Shown here in pieces: positions 13,168 through 44,179 of a stretch of DNA of 64,000 bases (position 1 is the first letter of the stretch; every line of letters begins with the position of its first letter). Origin of the DNA: Amoebidium appalachense. Its lineage: Eukaryota; Protista; Ichthyosporea. Both the position numbers and the translations under genes were made by a program. A model generated the notes under the pieces. That model made no database searches. It saw only the letters and a program-made list of their open reading frames with translations, and was not told where the DNA came from. The DNA lies in contig CAVNZM010000012.1 of assembly GCA_963693365.1 (NCBI GenBank), positions 3,224,001 to 3,288,000 of the forward strand, read 5' to 3'.

Positions 13168-15354
13168 ATTTGAGCCCAAGCAAACGTTTGACAGTCACCA
13201 GTATAAAGTGTGAAGGTGGTGTTTGAAAGTGTAATGTATACTCTCTGAATCACTCGAACATGATCCTATTATAGAGGGATTCCATCTAGAGCCAATAAGG
13301 AAACTCATTTGTTGGGGGTCAGAGTGTAACGGTCACAGTGAAGACTCGTTTACGTGCACGTGCACACTCGCAACTTGCCAAGGTGTGCCCAAGAGAAAAA
13401 AAGGCCAAGTTGAAATTGGAAGAAAAACAATATTGCTTCAGTTGTATACCCTGAATTGAAAAAACTCGAAGACGCGCTCGTGAGAGCTGTTCAATCATTA
13501 GACTAATGAACACAAGTAACTTCTCAAAGCCCAACAACTAAAAGCGTGGCGGTGATTTCTTGACGAACTTGACTACAGCCATCAATGATTTCCAGCGCGA
13601 AGTTTCGTGTTTGTGACAGGAGCTTGACAGCGTTATCGAAAAGCTCAGAGGCACCCCACGCATAATAAATTCATGAACCACGCTGTTTTCTTTGAAAAGA
13701 CCTTGGACCAACTAATCCTACTTACGAAGAGGGATGTCTTTTCACAATGAAAACAAAAGGGGACTCAAACCATCTTGCTATTCTTCGGAGGGGCATACAG
13801 TAATTTCAACGTTCAAGTGTTGTGCAATGTGCATCACCCCTCGTTCCAAAATTCGAATTTGCCATAGGGGCTAAAAATTCTAAATTCAGGTTCCGAAATG
13901 TTCCAAAATTTGTGCACTTGGCCTACTAACCACTGACATGGGATACCAAAAAAATTATTATCGAAAAGAAAAAAGTGCCTGTAAAATAACACTTTGAAGA
14001 GAAAGTCTATATTTAATGATGGCAGGTAGGGTTTTGGGAACCTCAGGGGTAAGGTGATGATCACGAATAACGGGGTTTGAAAATGCAAGAACGAGTAGAT
14101 CTGCGAATGATTGGCTGCAGCAGCAATCACTGAATCCCCTACAACAATCTGGCGAGGGGTCTGGGAAAGTGTGTTGTGCAGCTTTCGCGTGCACCCTGAA
14201 TTTGTTAGTAAATTATTACATTTGTATGTTGCAGTGGCTATGTAGATATACCTTAAATAAAATCTAATATATAAAAACCAAATATTTTGGTTTTCTGTGT
14301 TTTGTTTTGAGAAAATGCAAGGTGAAACCTTATTCAAAAACATGAAAATGACCTTTCACACAAAATTGCGCGCTCTAGCCAATTAGTATTAGGTGATTCG
14401 ACGGTTGGTCCAACGTAAGTGTACGTGATCCCGGTGCACGCACCCACCCGGTTCGGCGTGCGCCGTGGCCCGCCAAAGTTCAACAGTTTACTCATGTGCA
14501 CCGTGGAAAGGAAAGGGGGGGGGGGGGGGGGGGGGGGGGGGTTGACCATGTGTGGGGGAATATACATGTGCACTGTGTGTGAACTGATGCGGGTGCCACC
14601 AAGGGCAACACCACTTCCACGGCGACAAGAAATACATCATATATGTGGAGGTATAACGGCGTCGGCGTTAATGTTACAAGCCATATACATAGCATAAGCG
14701 GAGATAGTGACTGTAACCTCGTGTTTGAAATGGTGGAAATGCCATGGTGACTAATTCGTGGCATGATGTTTGTGTTATTTATGTACATGTCGGACTAGGC
14801 ATCGCCGGTGGGCTGGGTGGCTATTCGGGGATAATAGGCAGTGCATCTACGATATTTGTGAGCGTCTCAGTTGATCGCATGCATGTTTGATGATGCTTAT
14901 GGAAAATCTCCGAACTCGAAGGAATGGTTAGTGAACACCGAATGCCATCACGGCCTTTTGTGCGTTTCGAGCTTGAGGGCTTACGTTATGGGGCCCCGGG
15001 ATCGCATAGAAAATGTTAAACTCTCATGTATCTCCGTAAAATAGGTCGGTACTTATGACCGTGTCTGCCATGCCCATGCAATGCCTGCCAGCGTCTTTAT
15101 CTATCTGGTCGAAGAATGTGTGCATGACGATTACTGAGATTGAGTGATGATTTCAGCCTTCGTACGAATCTTCAGTCTGGTAATGAAAAATGGTGCGTCA
15201 CCACACACACTAGCACATGCATATTCCAGTCACTTGTACTACTATTACTATGGCCATATCATAGTGGGCCTCAGTGGAACGCCGGAAACTTTGGGCTCGC
15301 GATCGGATGTGGGTGGTGGTGGTCATGGCGGTGCACCATGGAGGAGGGGGGGAG

Positions 15355-15391
<37 letters not shown>

Positions 15392-16035
15392 GATAGGATG
15401 TCGGCTTCTAGGTGCATGCAGGATGACATTGCGGTACATAATTATTATTAGCTATTTTGACCGGGAGACTCGAAGCTGCAACTTGCTGCGCTTGTCGGTG
15501 CACAAGCAGCACGGGGCACGATCGATGTTCGTACAAATGCGTACACTTGCTATGTATTATTTACATCCAGCAGTTACATTCATGTGATGTAATCCTTATC
15601 TGAACCACATAGAAGCATTGCTCATATGCATTCATACATTTCTCAGCCTCCTCCATGACTCCCCCCCCCCCCCCCCCTCCCCCCCCTCCCCCCCCCCCCC
15701 CCCCCCCCCCGCGCCCCCGCCACACCGTGACACACACACACACACACACACGCAAAAAAAACGATAGTTTTCTTTGGGCCTGCTGTAATCAGGTGCGCGC
15801 ACTTTGTGCATACCACTGAAGCTGCTATGGCAACATGGACACGGTGGGGTGGCTCCTGTGCATTAATGAAGCTCTTGCATGCGACAGTGTGGCTATTTTC
15901 TTTACTTACTAATAATAGTCTACGTGTCATTAATACTCTAAAAGGGGTAAGCAAAAAAAGCAACAAAAAAAACAAAAACAAAAAAAAAACACATTCATGC
16001 TACTGCAATCCACTTCCACTTCTATCAATAGCAAA

Positions 16036-16094
<59 letters not shown>

Positions 16095-16188
16095 ACCCAC
16101 CCACCCACCCACACACCCGCCCACACTTCCCACCCTTTAAATTATAAACGTTACAGCATCCGATTCCCATTCATCATGATTTTAGAAA

Positions 16189-16676
16189 TTATGAACCTTC
16201 ACCATTTTCAAGCGCAAACATAGGCATCCACTCGTTTCCGCCGCCACCCTCACCTTCCACTTGTGTTAGACTAAGTGTTCCCCGTGTGTCATGTGTTAAC
16301 CCTACATACGACGAGACGTTTTCTTCATCGATTTTACCACTAAAAGCGCCCAACAAATTACGTAGATGCCTGATCCGATCATCAATCAATACGTCGCTAA
16401 AGAGTAGCCCTGGCGGCATCAGAGACATAACTGATAGAAGTACAACTGCACACAACGAAAAAACGCACAAAAATACTGGTATTACATGCGTATAACTTGT
16501 AAGATCAACATTTTCACTTGATGAAGACCAGAAAATTGAGGCGACGGCCAGATTTGCAGCCGGAAAAGTGACAGCCCATAGGCTGGAGCTGGGGCCGGTT
16601 TGAAGGAAAATGCGGATAGTTTGTGGAATAACCAGAACGAAGATGAACAGGGTGAGGTAGAAGAACACCTGCATGT

Positions 16677-16721
<45 letters not shown>

Positions 16722-16879
16722 TAGCCGAGTGTGGGGTGTGCGCGTGTGGGTGCGTGTGTGTGTGTGGGTGTTGGGGGGAGGGGGGGGGGGGGGGGGGGGG
16801 GATGGGTGGGTGTGTGTGTGGGTGTGTGTGGTTGTGTGCGTGGGGGCGGAGGGAGGGACGGGGAGGGGTGTCTGTGTGT

Positions 16880-16940
<61 letters not shown>

Positions 16941-18032
16941 TGTGTGCGCGCGCGCGCGTGTGTGAGTGTGTGTGTGTGTGTTTGTGTGCGTGTGGCGTGG
17001 AACAGATATTAGGCCATCGACACATGATGTTGGTGGAAGTGAAGAAGGTTGGGTGGGGGGGAGGGGGGGGGGGAGGGGGTGCAGCTCGAACATGTGTCGG
17101 GAAGGGAGAACAGCGGAAAGCACAATTGCCTTCGGAAGAAAGAAAAAATGTTTGGGCTGCGGGCTTCTGTCGGATCACTGTGAATACCCTTGTGGGAACG
17201 GCCGGGGGACGGAGGGAGAACTCAGGGAAGTGGGTGGGTGGGTGGGGAAGGAGGAGGGGGTGGACGGGAATGGGGTCACAGTGTACGGAGATGAAACAAT
17301 GGTGTTGTGAAAAGTGTGGGTACGAAACGAGTGGGGGCTCACGGAAAGAAGTGGGGTGGAGGGGGTGGAGGGGGGGGGGGGAGCTGCCCCCTGGTGTGTG
17401 TGTGTGGGGGGGGGGGGGGGGGGGGGGGGGTGAGGGGAGGGGGGAGGGGGGGGGGGGGGGATTGCGTGTGATGCGGTTGCAACATGCAGTCCCAAACACA
17501 TCTGTTTGCACAACTTCCTGATCGACCGTAAATAATTAATAAATAAAAGAAACACACGTGAATTTTTTACCCCCTGTTTCCTTTTCCGAAACCGCCCCCC
17601 TATTTTGGGTTTTTTGGCTTGGTGGTTATTTGGGGGGGGAGGGGGGGGGGGGGGGGGGGGGGAGGGGGGGGGGGGAGGGGCGGTCGGCAAATAAGAGTGT
17701 GGAAAGGCATAGAGGGATTGGTGGTGTGTGCATATGTATATGTCTGCTTCCCCCTCTCCCCCCCCCCCCCCCCTCCCCCTCTCCCTATCTTCTTTTTTTT
17801 CCCCCTTTTTAATTATTTATTTATTAATTTTTTAATTAACTTATTTTATATTATTATTTTTTATTTTTTTATTTTTTTGGGGGGGGGGGGGGGAGGGGGG
17901 AGGAGGGGGTGGGAGGGTTGGAATCTGTAACAGAGGACTATGTTCACATTGAAAAAGGAAAACACAATGCCGAGTGCAAAACCACACACAAAGAGTGTCC
18001 AATTAAGCAGAACCCATCCTCAGGGGAGGCCC

Positions 18033-18072
<40 letters not shown>

Positions 18073-18355
18073 GGGGGGGGGGGGGAATAGAATCCGTTAC
18101 TTGGGGGGGGGGGGGGGGAGGGGGGAGAGGGAGGGGGGGGAGAGGGGGGATACCTGTGAAAATATGCCGAAATCACCAGTGTGCATGTGTATTGCATGGG
18201 CAATGAGCGAAGGTGGGGCAAGGTGGAGACAGATGGTGGGTTGGTTGCGACTTTCCGGCGCCATCTTGAATATGTTCAGTAGAAGGGTGGTGAGGTAAAG
18301 AAAAATGCCGTGCGAGAGCGAAAAAAATGGGAGGGTGTGGTATCCTGCATTGTAT

Positions 18356-18427
<72 letters not shown>

Positions 18428-20473
18428 TTTTGGGGGGGGGGGGGGGGGGAGATAGAGAGGTGGGAGGGAGGTTAAAATGTGTTAGAAAGTGCGCGGGAAA
18501 GAGGGGATGGGGGGGGAGGGGGGAGGGGGGGGGGGGGGGGGGTGAATGTGTCAAGAAGTGTGAAGTAAACATTCACGACGGACAACACAATATGCAGGTA
18601 TTGCAGAGCACACACAAAGAGCTTGTATACATTGCTGAACACGGAGAGGCCCCAAGCACTCCACAGTGCCCGCGTTTCGACTCATTCATCTCGCATGCAA
18701 AGCCAAACCAAAATACTGCCTGTCTGTATGTTTTTTTTTTCCTTTCCTTTTTTTTCTCTTTTCTTCTCTTTTTTTTCTTTTTCTTTTCTCTTCTTTTCTT
18801 TTCTTTTTCTTTTCTTTTTTTTTTTTTTTTTGGGGGGGGGGGGGGGAAGGGGAGAGGGGGGGAGTAGGCGGTGGCAGTGTGAAAAAGGGTGGCCTGTATA
18901 GGTAGACGAACGGGCTGGTGCGTGTGTGGTCTAAGTGGTGGTGGTGTTGGAGGGGGTAAGAGGGAAGAAGGGCGCGCAGGGAGGCAGGGGGAAGGAGTGG
19001 GGGGCGAGGGTGGTTGGGGAAGGGGGGAGGGGGGGGGGGGGGGGGAGGGGCAAGAGAGGTGCAGTGATTTAGAGAGGGCCGGAGGGGGAGGAGGGGAGGG
19101 GGGAGGGAGGGGGAAGTTAGATGTCATGGGAACGCAGGGCAGGGATGTGGTGACTTGACTCGGAGTCATGACTTTAAGTCAAAAAAGCTCCTGACTTTGC
19201 CAAGTCAAGTCGAGCCATATGGCAGGACATATGGGTGACTTTGGAGGGGGTGGGAGGGGGGAGGGGAGTATAAGGGGAGGGCCGGGGGGAGGGGGAGGGG
19301 GGTCGGAAGAGGTGGGGAGATGTCCCGCCCCTCTCGTCCGACCCCGGCGGAGCCTCCAAAAATGCTACTATATTTAGCAATAAGTCACTAAAGTCGTGAC
19401 TTGAGTCAGACCCCCCCCCCCCCCCCCTCACCCCAAGTCACGAGTCAATTCAAGTCAACAACGCGCCACATCTCTGACGCAGGGCAAGAGGAGGGTAAAA
19501 GGCGGGTGCTGCACCGGGGGAGAGTCGGGGGGAAAGGGGGGGGGAGGGAGGGGAGGGGGGGAGAGAGAGAGGAGAGAGAGGTGGGGAGGGGGGGGGGGGT
19601 CTTGGAAACTGGGCGGAGAATAGCAAGGAAGAGGGGAGAGGCGGCGAGGAGCGGGTGGGGGTGGGGGTGGGGGGGGAAGGGGGGGGGGGGGGGGGGGGAT
19701 GGGCGCTTACCAACCAAGGCATTCAGTATGAACCCCACGGTAGTCATTAGGTAGGTTGGAAACACGTGCCATTTCCTGCCCTTGCCTCTTTGGCCATTTT
19801 GGAATTCCATACAAGGCCAACTCCACAGCCAGGTAGAAATAGCAACCCAAGACCCGAGAAACTGAGCAACTCCACATATGAAAAATACGGGCGTGCTGAT
19901 GTTTTCCGAGAATGACTTTGAGGGTAGGGAAAGTGTAAGAGCCATGATTCCCAGTAATGGGGCGAAGAAGAAAGGATTTCTCGATGGGGTCCAAAACTCA
20001 GCGGATACTGCAGGGTACACGTAGAATAATTTATATGTATAAATAGCGGTGAAACATAACCACAAAGTCATGGAAATAAGAAAGCATGACAGGGATATAA
20101 AGTGAAGAAAAGGCTGCAACGATGTTTGGGTCCATTCCTGCATAGACAAAACCCGCAACATGGAAGACTGCGCTGCAAACCCCAGGGGAACACCAAAGTT
20201 GGAAACCGGGAAGTATTTCCATCTCCTGGCATTGACAAGAACCTGAAGCTCCCTTTCGCTGGCGTTTTCTTTATCTTCATTATCTATACATTCTTGTTTT
20301 GAATGCGTAACATCTAAGCTTGGGTAAACCACATCGTGTGCTTGTTGTTTTGACCTCTCACTTCCGGTATAGTCGTTCGACGAGTGCGTGTTCGCTTCCT
20401 CGAGTGACAGCTCATCTTCTTCAAGTGTGGAAACGGCGGTGTATCCCGTGTGTGTGTATGTGTGTGGTACCAT
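16189..20473 (-). CDS. SLAC1: SLAC1/SLAH-like (TDT family) anion channel, 3 exons (20473-19711, 18356-18154, 16668-16189), 481 aa
   Basis: Motifs FPVSNFGVPLGFAAQ, AVSAEFWTPSRNPFFFAP, PTYLMTTVG, HLAPPSL and WAVTFP (gate Phe). Multiple hydrophobic helices, and GT-AG phases 1 and 0 keep frame. Confidence 0.9.
17921..18034 (-). repeat. ~115-bp intronic dispersed element, copy in SLAC1-like intron 2
   Basis: aacacaatgccgagtgcaaaaccacacacaaagagt...aagcagaacccatcctcaggggaggccc matches the copies at 37951 and 54393. Confidence 0.75.
18543..18658 (-). repeat. ~115-bp intronic dispersed element, copy in SLAC1-like intron 1
   Basis: gaatgtgtcaagaagtgtgaagtaaacattcacgacggacaacacaa...cacacaaagag...ggcccaag. 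Confidence 0.65.
19140..19476. mobile_element. hAT-type MITE (337 bp) in SLAC1-like intron 1
   Basis: TIRs CAGGGATGTGG (19140) / CCACATCTCTG (ends 19476), 1 mismatch. Perfect 8-bp TSD ACGCAGGG at 19132-19139 and 19477-19484. Subterminal GACTT/AAGTC repeats. Confidence 0.85.
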
Positions 20474-21003
20474 GGTGTGTTTGCTTGACCTTTCTTATGT
20501 CATCCTTTCTCCATCATTGAGTCATGCTGTCCTATTCATGTGACAAGGAACAATGAGGAGGCCTACAATGAGGCAGGACCGCTGACTCATGAGTCTTGAG
20601 GCCGGCTGACTGTAGACTCATCGGGTGACGAAGTGGTATTACTGTGGTATGCATTCTACATAATACTTCTTCAATTTGATTGGGTGGTTTTATTGCAGCA
20701 CGCATTTGTGATTGGCTAGATAGGTACCATTAGTTACGTAATCCTCCAAGCGAGACTTCGAAGCAAACAAGAGTCGAACTGCAGCTGAGTTCGTTCGGTG
20801 GGCTGTGCACGTTCAAGAGAGAAAGAGTGAACGGTAGTTACTGTATAGTGAGCAAGAATCACCTGGTATTCACCTTCATTGGCTTCCTTTGAATGGTTTT
20901 TTTATACGACATTCACAATTACTTTGTTTTTACCACCACGATAAGTTACACATCTTGGATCCATTTGCCGCATCATCCTACCCAGTAAATAGAAACAAGC
21001 ACG
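20474..21003. promoter_or_regulatory. Probable bidirectional promoter between the SLAC1-like and LOG genes
   Basis: 530 bp of microsatellite-free sequence between divergent ATGs, with ATTGG (reverse CCAAT) boxes at ~20679, ~20711 and ~20878. Confidence 0.55.
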
Positions 21004-26105
<5,102 letters not shown>

Positions 26106-26921
26106 CATTGCCCCCCCTCCCCCCCTCCCCCCTCCCCCTTCCTTAGCACAACAAGAACAAAAAAAGTAAAAAGAAAAGGAAAGAAAGAAACGAAACAAGA
26201 ACAGCAAAAAAAAAATAAAAAAAAATGCCCCTTTGCTGCTGCAATGCTTTTTCATAGGGACCAATTCCCCGGAAATTGCGCAGACAATAGTGGGAGAGTC
26301 CCAATAGACACCTTCTCTCTGGACGCCGTAATCGACCAATTAACTGGGTTCCTGTATATGGTGGCAGCCTTACGTAAAGCTAAGCCGATCGAACTTGATA
26401 GGGCTTTTAATGATTATAGTTGGACAATCAGACAACACTCGTACTTTTGCAAAAACGTGGATGTGATAAGCTTGTTCTTCGCATGAAACGTTTTTTTTTA
26501 TTGAAAAAAACAGGAAACCAGAGCAAGCCTTGTGTGAACAGTGTGCGTGTATGTTTTCTCAGTACATGCAGTTTCCAGCTGCTGTATAGTAGGCGCCAAA
26601 TGTACGTTAGTTTTGAAATTTCGGCAGCTGAGAATGCATCGGTGATAAAGCCTAACAGATAGCTGAGTTCTTAGCTTTGTAGTGCGCATATGACCATGTA
26701 GGCCTGGGATGCCCAAATATGGTTATAAAGTGTCAGAGATGTAAATATGGCCCTCCTACGGACCTGAAGTGTGTCTCATTGCCCCCCCCCCCCCCCCCCT
26801 TCCCACACACACACACACGCACGCACGCACGCACGCACACACGCACGCACGCACGCACACGCACGCAAACGCGCGCGCGCACACACACACACATTACGAC
26901 ACACACAAACACCCCCCTTCC

Positions 26922-27005
<84 letters not shown>

Positions 27006-27106
27006 ATATTAATACTGTAGTAATGATGATGATCCAAATGGTAATGATGATAATAATTATAAATGAAAACGAAAAGAAAAAAAAGGCACACCCGCACACG
27101 CACGCA

Positions 27107-27187
<81 letters not shown>

Positions 27188-27386
27188 GAAAGAAAAGAAG
27201 TAGGGAAGAAAAAAGTGTCAAATCTGTAGATAAGAACACAACGCCAGACATCTTTCCATTCCCCTTATCCTTGACCAAGCACCGATTGATGTGACATGTA
27301 CACGAATATACACAGCCGCCGACTGAGAAAAAAATCGAAAGTATATGATGGCAAAGTGATAAAAGTGATGCAACGAGTACTCCCCC

Positions 27387-27447
<61 letters not shown>

Positions 27448-28394
27448 AAGGCTTCGTAGGACTTTCCTCACCGACTACATTCACTGGCAATCGAACTAAT
27501 GTTGGACAATTGGTTATTAGACTAGTTGTACAGACCCAAAACATGAATATGCACAAGCAGGCACACACTTTTCAGTGTATGTTTTATTTAAACTGTTACA
27601 TTTGCAAATGTGTTTTCATTTACAGCAATTATTACTCGCAAAAGTGTTTTGTTTACAGATATTACTTGCGTGCCCATGTTTTCAAGTACAGTACAAATAT
27701 TGCTTGCAGGTGGTGAAACTTATTTAAATAACTCCCGAGGTTGGCAGCCGTTATTTACACCAAATGTTCTCTGTCGCTAAGGCACGCATATGCATATCTG
27801 AAAAACTAATGCTTCCTATGCGAACAGAGTAGCATATCTTTAACGTACGTACATCAGAGTTTAATTACAGTATCTTTAAGCACTCGAGCCTGTGTGCGTG
27901 TACACATGAGAACACAAATATTGTTACTATCCGTGTCCTCCGTGTGCATTTTCAATGATCTCAACTAAAGTTTTAACTCTTGTTAACTATTGGTCACAGG
28001 TACAGGGCATTACACGAATACCTCCTGCTCATGCATTTTACTCTGCAAAGAAATACATTGATATTTACAAATATTTCAATTTTTATCAATTCTGCGCAAT
28101 ATTAGTGCTGCTACAGCTGCTGCAACAAAATCACTTACAGAGGCTAATACTATGTACAACCTAGCTATGATACCGCTATACATACATTATATCCGCAAGT
28201 ATACATCAAAACTCAGAAGGGGTGGTGGTTATCATATGCACATAAACGTATATACATCAATTAAAACTAAGGAAGCCGTCAGAAAGCACCAATAATGGTC
28301 GTTTCCATAAATGGGTGCATTAATTGTCGCGGTGTTTATGTTACACCGGAACTTGTTCTCAAATTTGCCATTTACAAATAAAAACAATTATACA

Positions 28395-28570
28395 ATGAAA
28401 CAAGCACACAGTGGTATTCACAAATATAAACAAGCATGCAGTGTTATTCCCAACTCTAAACAAGCACATGGTGTTATTTACAAATATGTACAAGAAGGAC
28501 ACAGTGTTATTTCCAAATACATCCAAGGACAAAGTGTTATTTACGATTATGAACAAGCACACAGTGTTAG
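28395..28570. repeat. ~30-bp minisatellite (AACAAGCACACAGTGTTATTTACAAATAT-like), about 6 copies
   Basis: Visible periodic caagcac..gtgttattt units. Confidence 0.8.
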
Positions 28571-28891
28571 AACTCTTGTCTACCAGTAGTCAAAAAAAAA
28601 AAAAAGGAGAAGTGGGAAAGAAGAAAGAAAACCAGAAAAGGGAAGCGAGAAAGAAAGAGAAACGCACAAAGAGAAAAAAAAAAAGGTGGAAATCTGGGAG
28701 AGAAAAAGAGATTCAGAGAAACATGAACCATCTCCTTTAATGGTAATCCGGGTTAACTTCGCCCCTTAATAATCGATCAACCCATTTCCTGTTATTCCAT
28801 CCGACCCCCGAGCCAGCTCCGCCCAATCATCACCCGAGCGTTCACTTCCTTTGAATCCTCTCACACAAATCGACCAATGACTGCCAAGCGT

Positions 28892-40306
<11,415 letters not shown>

Positions 40307-41673
40307 TTCCGTTATGTGCACACAGTGCGGCAACAAGCGCCACAAATCGATGAAGTTGCCAGCCCCCCCCCTGCCACGTTCCTATTTACGGACTATAGTA
40401 GCATGTACCCCTTATGTGAAATAAGGGCCAATGGTGAATTGGTTGTGTGTTACCTTTTCATGACCACTATTTGTTTTGTGTTGCAGGGTTGGAGTGAAAA
40501 ATGAAATGACTCTGTGGTAACTGTGTTTTGTATCGTCGAGAAAATTAAACCGCTAACAACAAATACACAACACGATGCAAGCCTACACAGAGCTACTCTA
40601 CTTCAGCGTGGTGTGTCGCCTGTGGCAGATATGATTTGCTATTCCTTGAGATGCTTTGCCAGCTGCCAGCAACATTCAAAATGTATCACACATGTATTTG
40701 CCCCTTTCTTTTTTACATGTTCCCTGTCACAAGTTGTGTCCTGCCAGCCTGTTCAGACACGTGAAAAGCTCGTTCAAAGTTCTCACTGTGTGCATAAGCG
40801 AGGTGGTTTCTGGGTTGTGTTGAGTGGTGTTTTGCACCACCTGAGCCATGTAAAGACAAGGTGTGAAGTATAAATAGCTGTACACGACGTGTTTTCCACA
40901 ATAAGACTGTGATAATTCCTTGTGCGCTCTTGATTGGGTAACCGCTCACCAGATCTGAGTCCAGGGCACTGGATAGCCAAATATAGTTAAGAGGTGTAGA
41001 TGATAATTGGTGTGGAATTCCGAACCAATCGTATGCATCGGCAAGGTATAAGTGTCCAATGAAAACCGACTGGGTTCTCCCGGGTGAAAACTCTAGACTA
41101 TAGTCTGCAGCTGTGCACTCTAATATAGGTCTCTACCACAGTTCAAATATTCTTTTCTAAAAGTTTCAGTCCCGTACAGCATGTATGTGCATAGCCTACC
41201 GCACTTTGTATCACACTTACGCGTGCCGCGACGCATCCCGGCCCGGCAGGTCTGGCCGCTGCCGGCGACGCCTGCGGCAGTGGGGCACAGGGGGTTTGGT
41301 TCAGAGGATGACTGGACCGCTGCGCAATTACAATAGCTTAGCCAACCCGTTGTCCGTCCGCATGGACGTCAGCAGCATTTGTTGACAGAAAGCATATGTT
41401 CTACTGTCTATGTACATACATAGTGACTACTGCAGAGGACCATGCTGTACATGCCACGGTGCCGGCGGTGGGTGCTTTCCGAACCAATCAGAGGAGTTAG
41501 TCTTACTTGGTTTCGTCATGGGAAACACACTTTAGACTATTTTTTCGGAAATGTGCCACGCGGGCCTGTGTGTCACAGGAAAACCGGAGTTTGAATACAT
41601 GTGATTAGGAGTTCATGTTTGTTGTGTAACTGTAAAAGAGAGCAAGCATAGCACGCAGGACGCCCATTAGTCT
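40307..41673. promoter_or_regulatory. Probable bidirectional promoter region between the protease and the Zn-knuckle gene
   Basis: Microsatellite-poor interval between divergent ATGs, with CCAAT/ATTGG boxes at ~40933, ~41006, ~41025, ~41056 and ~41484. Confidence 0.5.
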
Positions 41674-41691
41674 ATGGTAACAGCAGCGAAG

Positions 41692-41920
41692 ATGGCGACC
41701 GCACTGGGTGTCAGTAGCAGGCTGGGGCTAAAGGCAACCCAAGTGTTCCGTTCGCAGTGTGGTGCATCAGCGTGTGTTTTTGCACAAAAAGGAGGTGAGT
41801 TTGGGTTTTCTTTGGTGTGTAACCCCTGAAAGTAGTGAGTGCAGTCTTCCTTTACAACAAGCACGCACGCATCTCTCTCCGTCGCTTTCTGTCTCGTTCT
41901 CTCTTTCTGTCACTTTCTCC

Positions 41921-41979
<59 letters not shown>

Positions 41980-43127
41980 TCTCTCTCTCCCCCCCCCCCC
42001 CTCTCTCGCTCTCTCTCTCTCTCCCGCCCTTTCTCTCTCCCCCTACGTACACGCACACACACACACTCTCTCTTTCTCTGTCTCTCTTTGTCTCTCTTTC
42101 TCTGCCTCTCTCTCCCTCTCTCTCTCTGTCTTCCCCCCTCCCCCCCCCCCCCCTCCCCCCGCCTTCTTGCTCTCCCCCTCTCTCTCTCCATCTTTATCTT
42201 GCACTTTTTATGTATATGTCCCTCTCACCCCCCTTCGACGTCTTGCTTTCTCTCTTCGTTCCTCTCGCCGCCTCTCTCTCCTATTTACACTCCCTTTCTT
42301 TATTTCTCTTCCTTCTCTCTCGCTCTGTATCATTTGCGCTCTCTTTCTCGTACATCCTCCTCCCCCACCTCTCCCTGTTGGCTAACCCCTTTCTCTCATC
42401 GTCTCCGTTCCTATCTTTCTTGCTCTCCACCGGCCCTCTTCCTCTTGAATCGTCTCATAACCTTCTACCCTCCCCCCCCCCTCCCCCTCCCCCGTCCCGC
42501 CCATCTTTTGCTCTTCCTTGGTGTCTTGTCGCACTGACCTTTTCCTCTTGCATTTGCAGAGCCTCACATTTCGGTTTCATTGAAAATATTATCATTGCCT
42601 TCTGTACTTAGCGTGAACTGTTGACCATGGGTGTCCGTCCACTCTCCTTCCACACTTCTCTTCCCTTCAAGCGTACTATGTCTGTTTGTGTCACCGTCCC
42701 TTTTTCTGTCTTCCCTGTTCCTTAGCTCCTTCGCTTTACCAATTTGAAGTCGGTTTTTCCAACCCTCATCCCTCCCCCCCCCCCCCCCCCCTCCCCCCGC
42801 CACCACCACCACCATACGTTCCTTTTCTACTAGTCGTTTGTGTAGCCATCAGTTTTTCCTGTGCATACAACCTCCCCACTGCGTGTTTGTGTACCTGTGG
42901 CCACTTGACACACACATGCACACCAAAACTTGACACATTACAACACTTGTGTAAAGTCAGGGATGTCCATGAGAGCCTAGGCGTGCAAAAAAAAAAAAGG
43001 GGGGGGGGGGAGGCGTGAGTGTGTGTGTGTGTATGTGGTGAAGGGGGGGGAGAGATGGGAGGAGGGAGGGGGGAAAGAGAGGTGTGTGTGTGTGGTGAAG
43101 GGGGGGGAGAGAGGGGAGGGAGGGAGG

Positions 43128-43166
<39 letters not shown>

Positions 43167-43615
43167 CATGGGAAAGGGAAGGGGGGAGGGGAGACAAGAG
43201 AAGAGGGAGAGTGACAGGGAGGTGGCGGGGGTCCGGTAGGGAGGAGGGGAGGGGAGGGAAGAATGGGAGGGAGGGCCATTAAGAAGACAAAAAATGGTGC
43301 CAGCACAGATGAAAAGAGGATCGACAAGAACTAAGTGGACACGGTAAAACATCATCACTTATTGTTACGGTAAAACATCATCACTTATTGTTGTTTGTTT
43401 CATCCCTTCTGGTTGGGTCTTCCTTTTTAGCACTTAAATTTTTTAACCGCCCCTTCTAATTGATCCTCATTTTTATCAACAGGCAGGAGGTGGATGAGTG
43501 GTGATGCCACACAGCCGACCGAGACAGCTGCTGCCCCCCCAGCTGCAGAGGCCACACCCACTGAAGAGGTACGGCATCAACCCCACCCCCCTCCCCTCCT
43601 TCCCCCCCCTTCCCC

Positions 43616-43646
<31 letters not shown>

Positions 43647-44137
43647 ACGCACGCACACGTATGCACGAACGGGGGGATCTCGGACACACCTGCATGTACC
43701 CTCCTTCCCCCCCCTCCCCACCCCTCCCACGTCAAAAACACACACACAAACAAAGACATGCACACACACACACAAACACACACACACACACACACTCTCT
43801 CTCTCTCTCCCTCTCTCTTGCCTCCCCCCCCCCCCCCCCCCTCTCTCACAAACACATATGCACATGCACATGCACATGCACACACATACTTACAGACACA
43901 TACACACATAAGCACTACACACACAAGGGCGCTCGGATCGACAGACACATTCGCGTGCACAAACACGCATGTGTGCGTGTGCACACACACACACACGTGC
44001 GCGCACACATGCACGTGCACACGCACAAAAACACACACACACAAAAACACGCAACACACTCCCACTTACAGTCACATAAACACACACACACACACACACA
44101 CACCACACGCTCACGGCTATGTGCACTGCCTGCTCTG

Positions 44138-44179
<42 letters not shown>

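Noticed and set aside
18573-18720. AVFWFGFA... segment as a SLAC1 exon
   Set aside because: Wrong phase for the exon-1 donor, overlaps the dispersed element, and the protein is complete without it.
26244-26486. 80-aa non-repetitive ORF just after LOG
   Set aside because: No recognisable motif or splice partners; probably 3' UTR or a relic.
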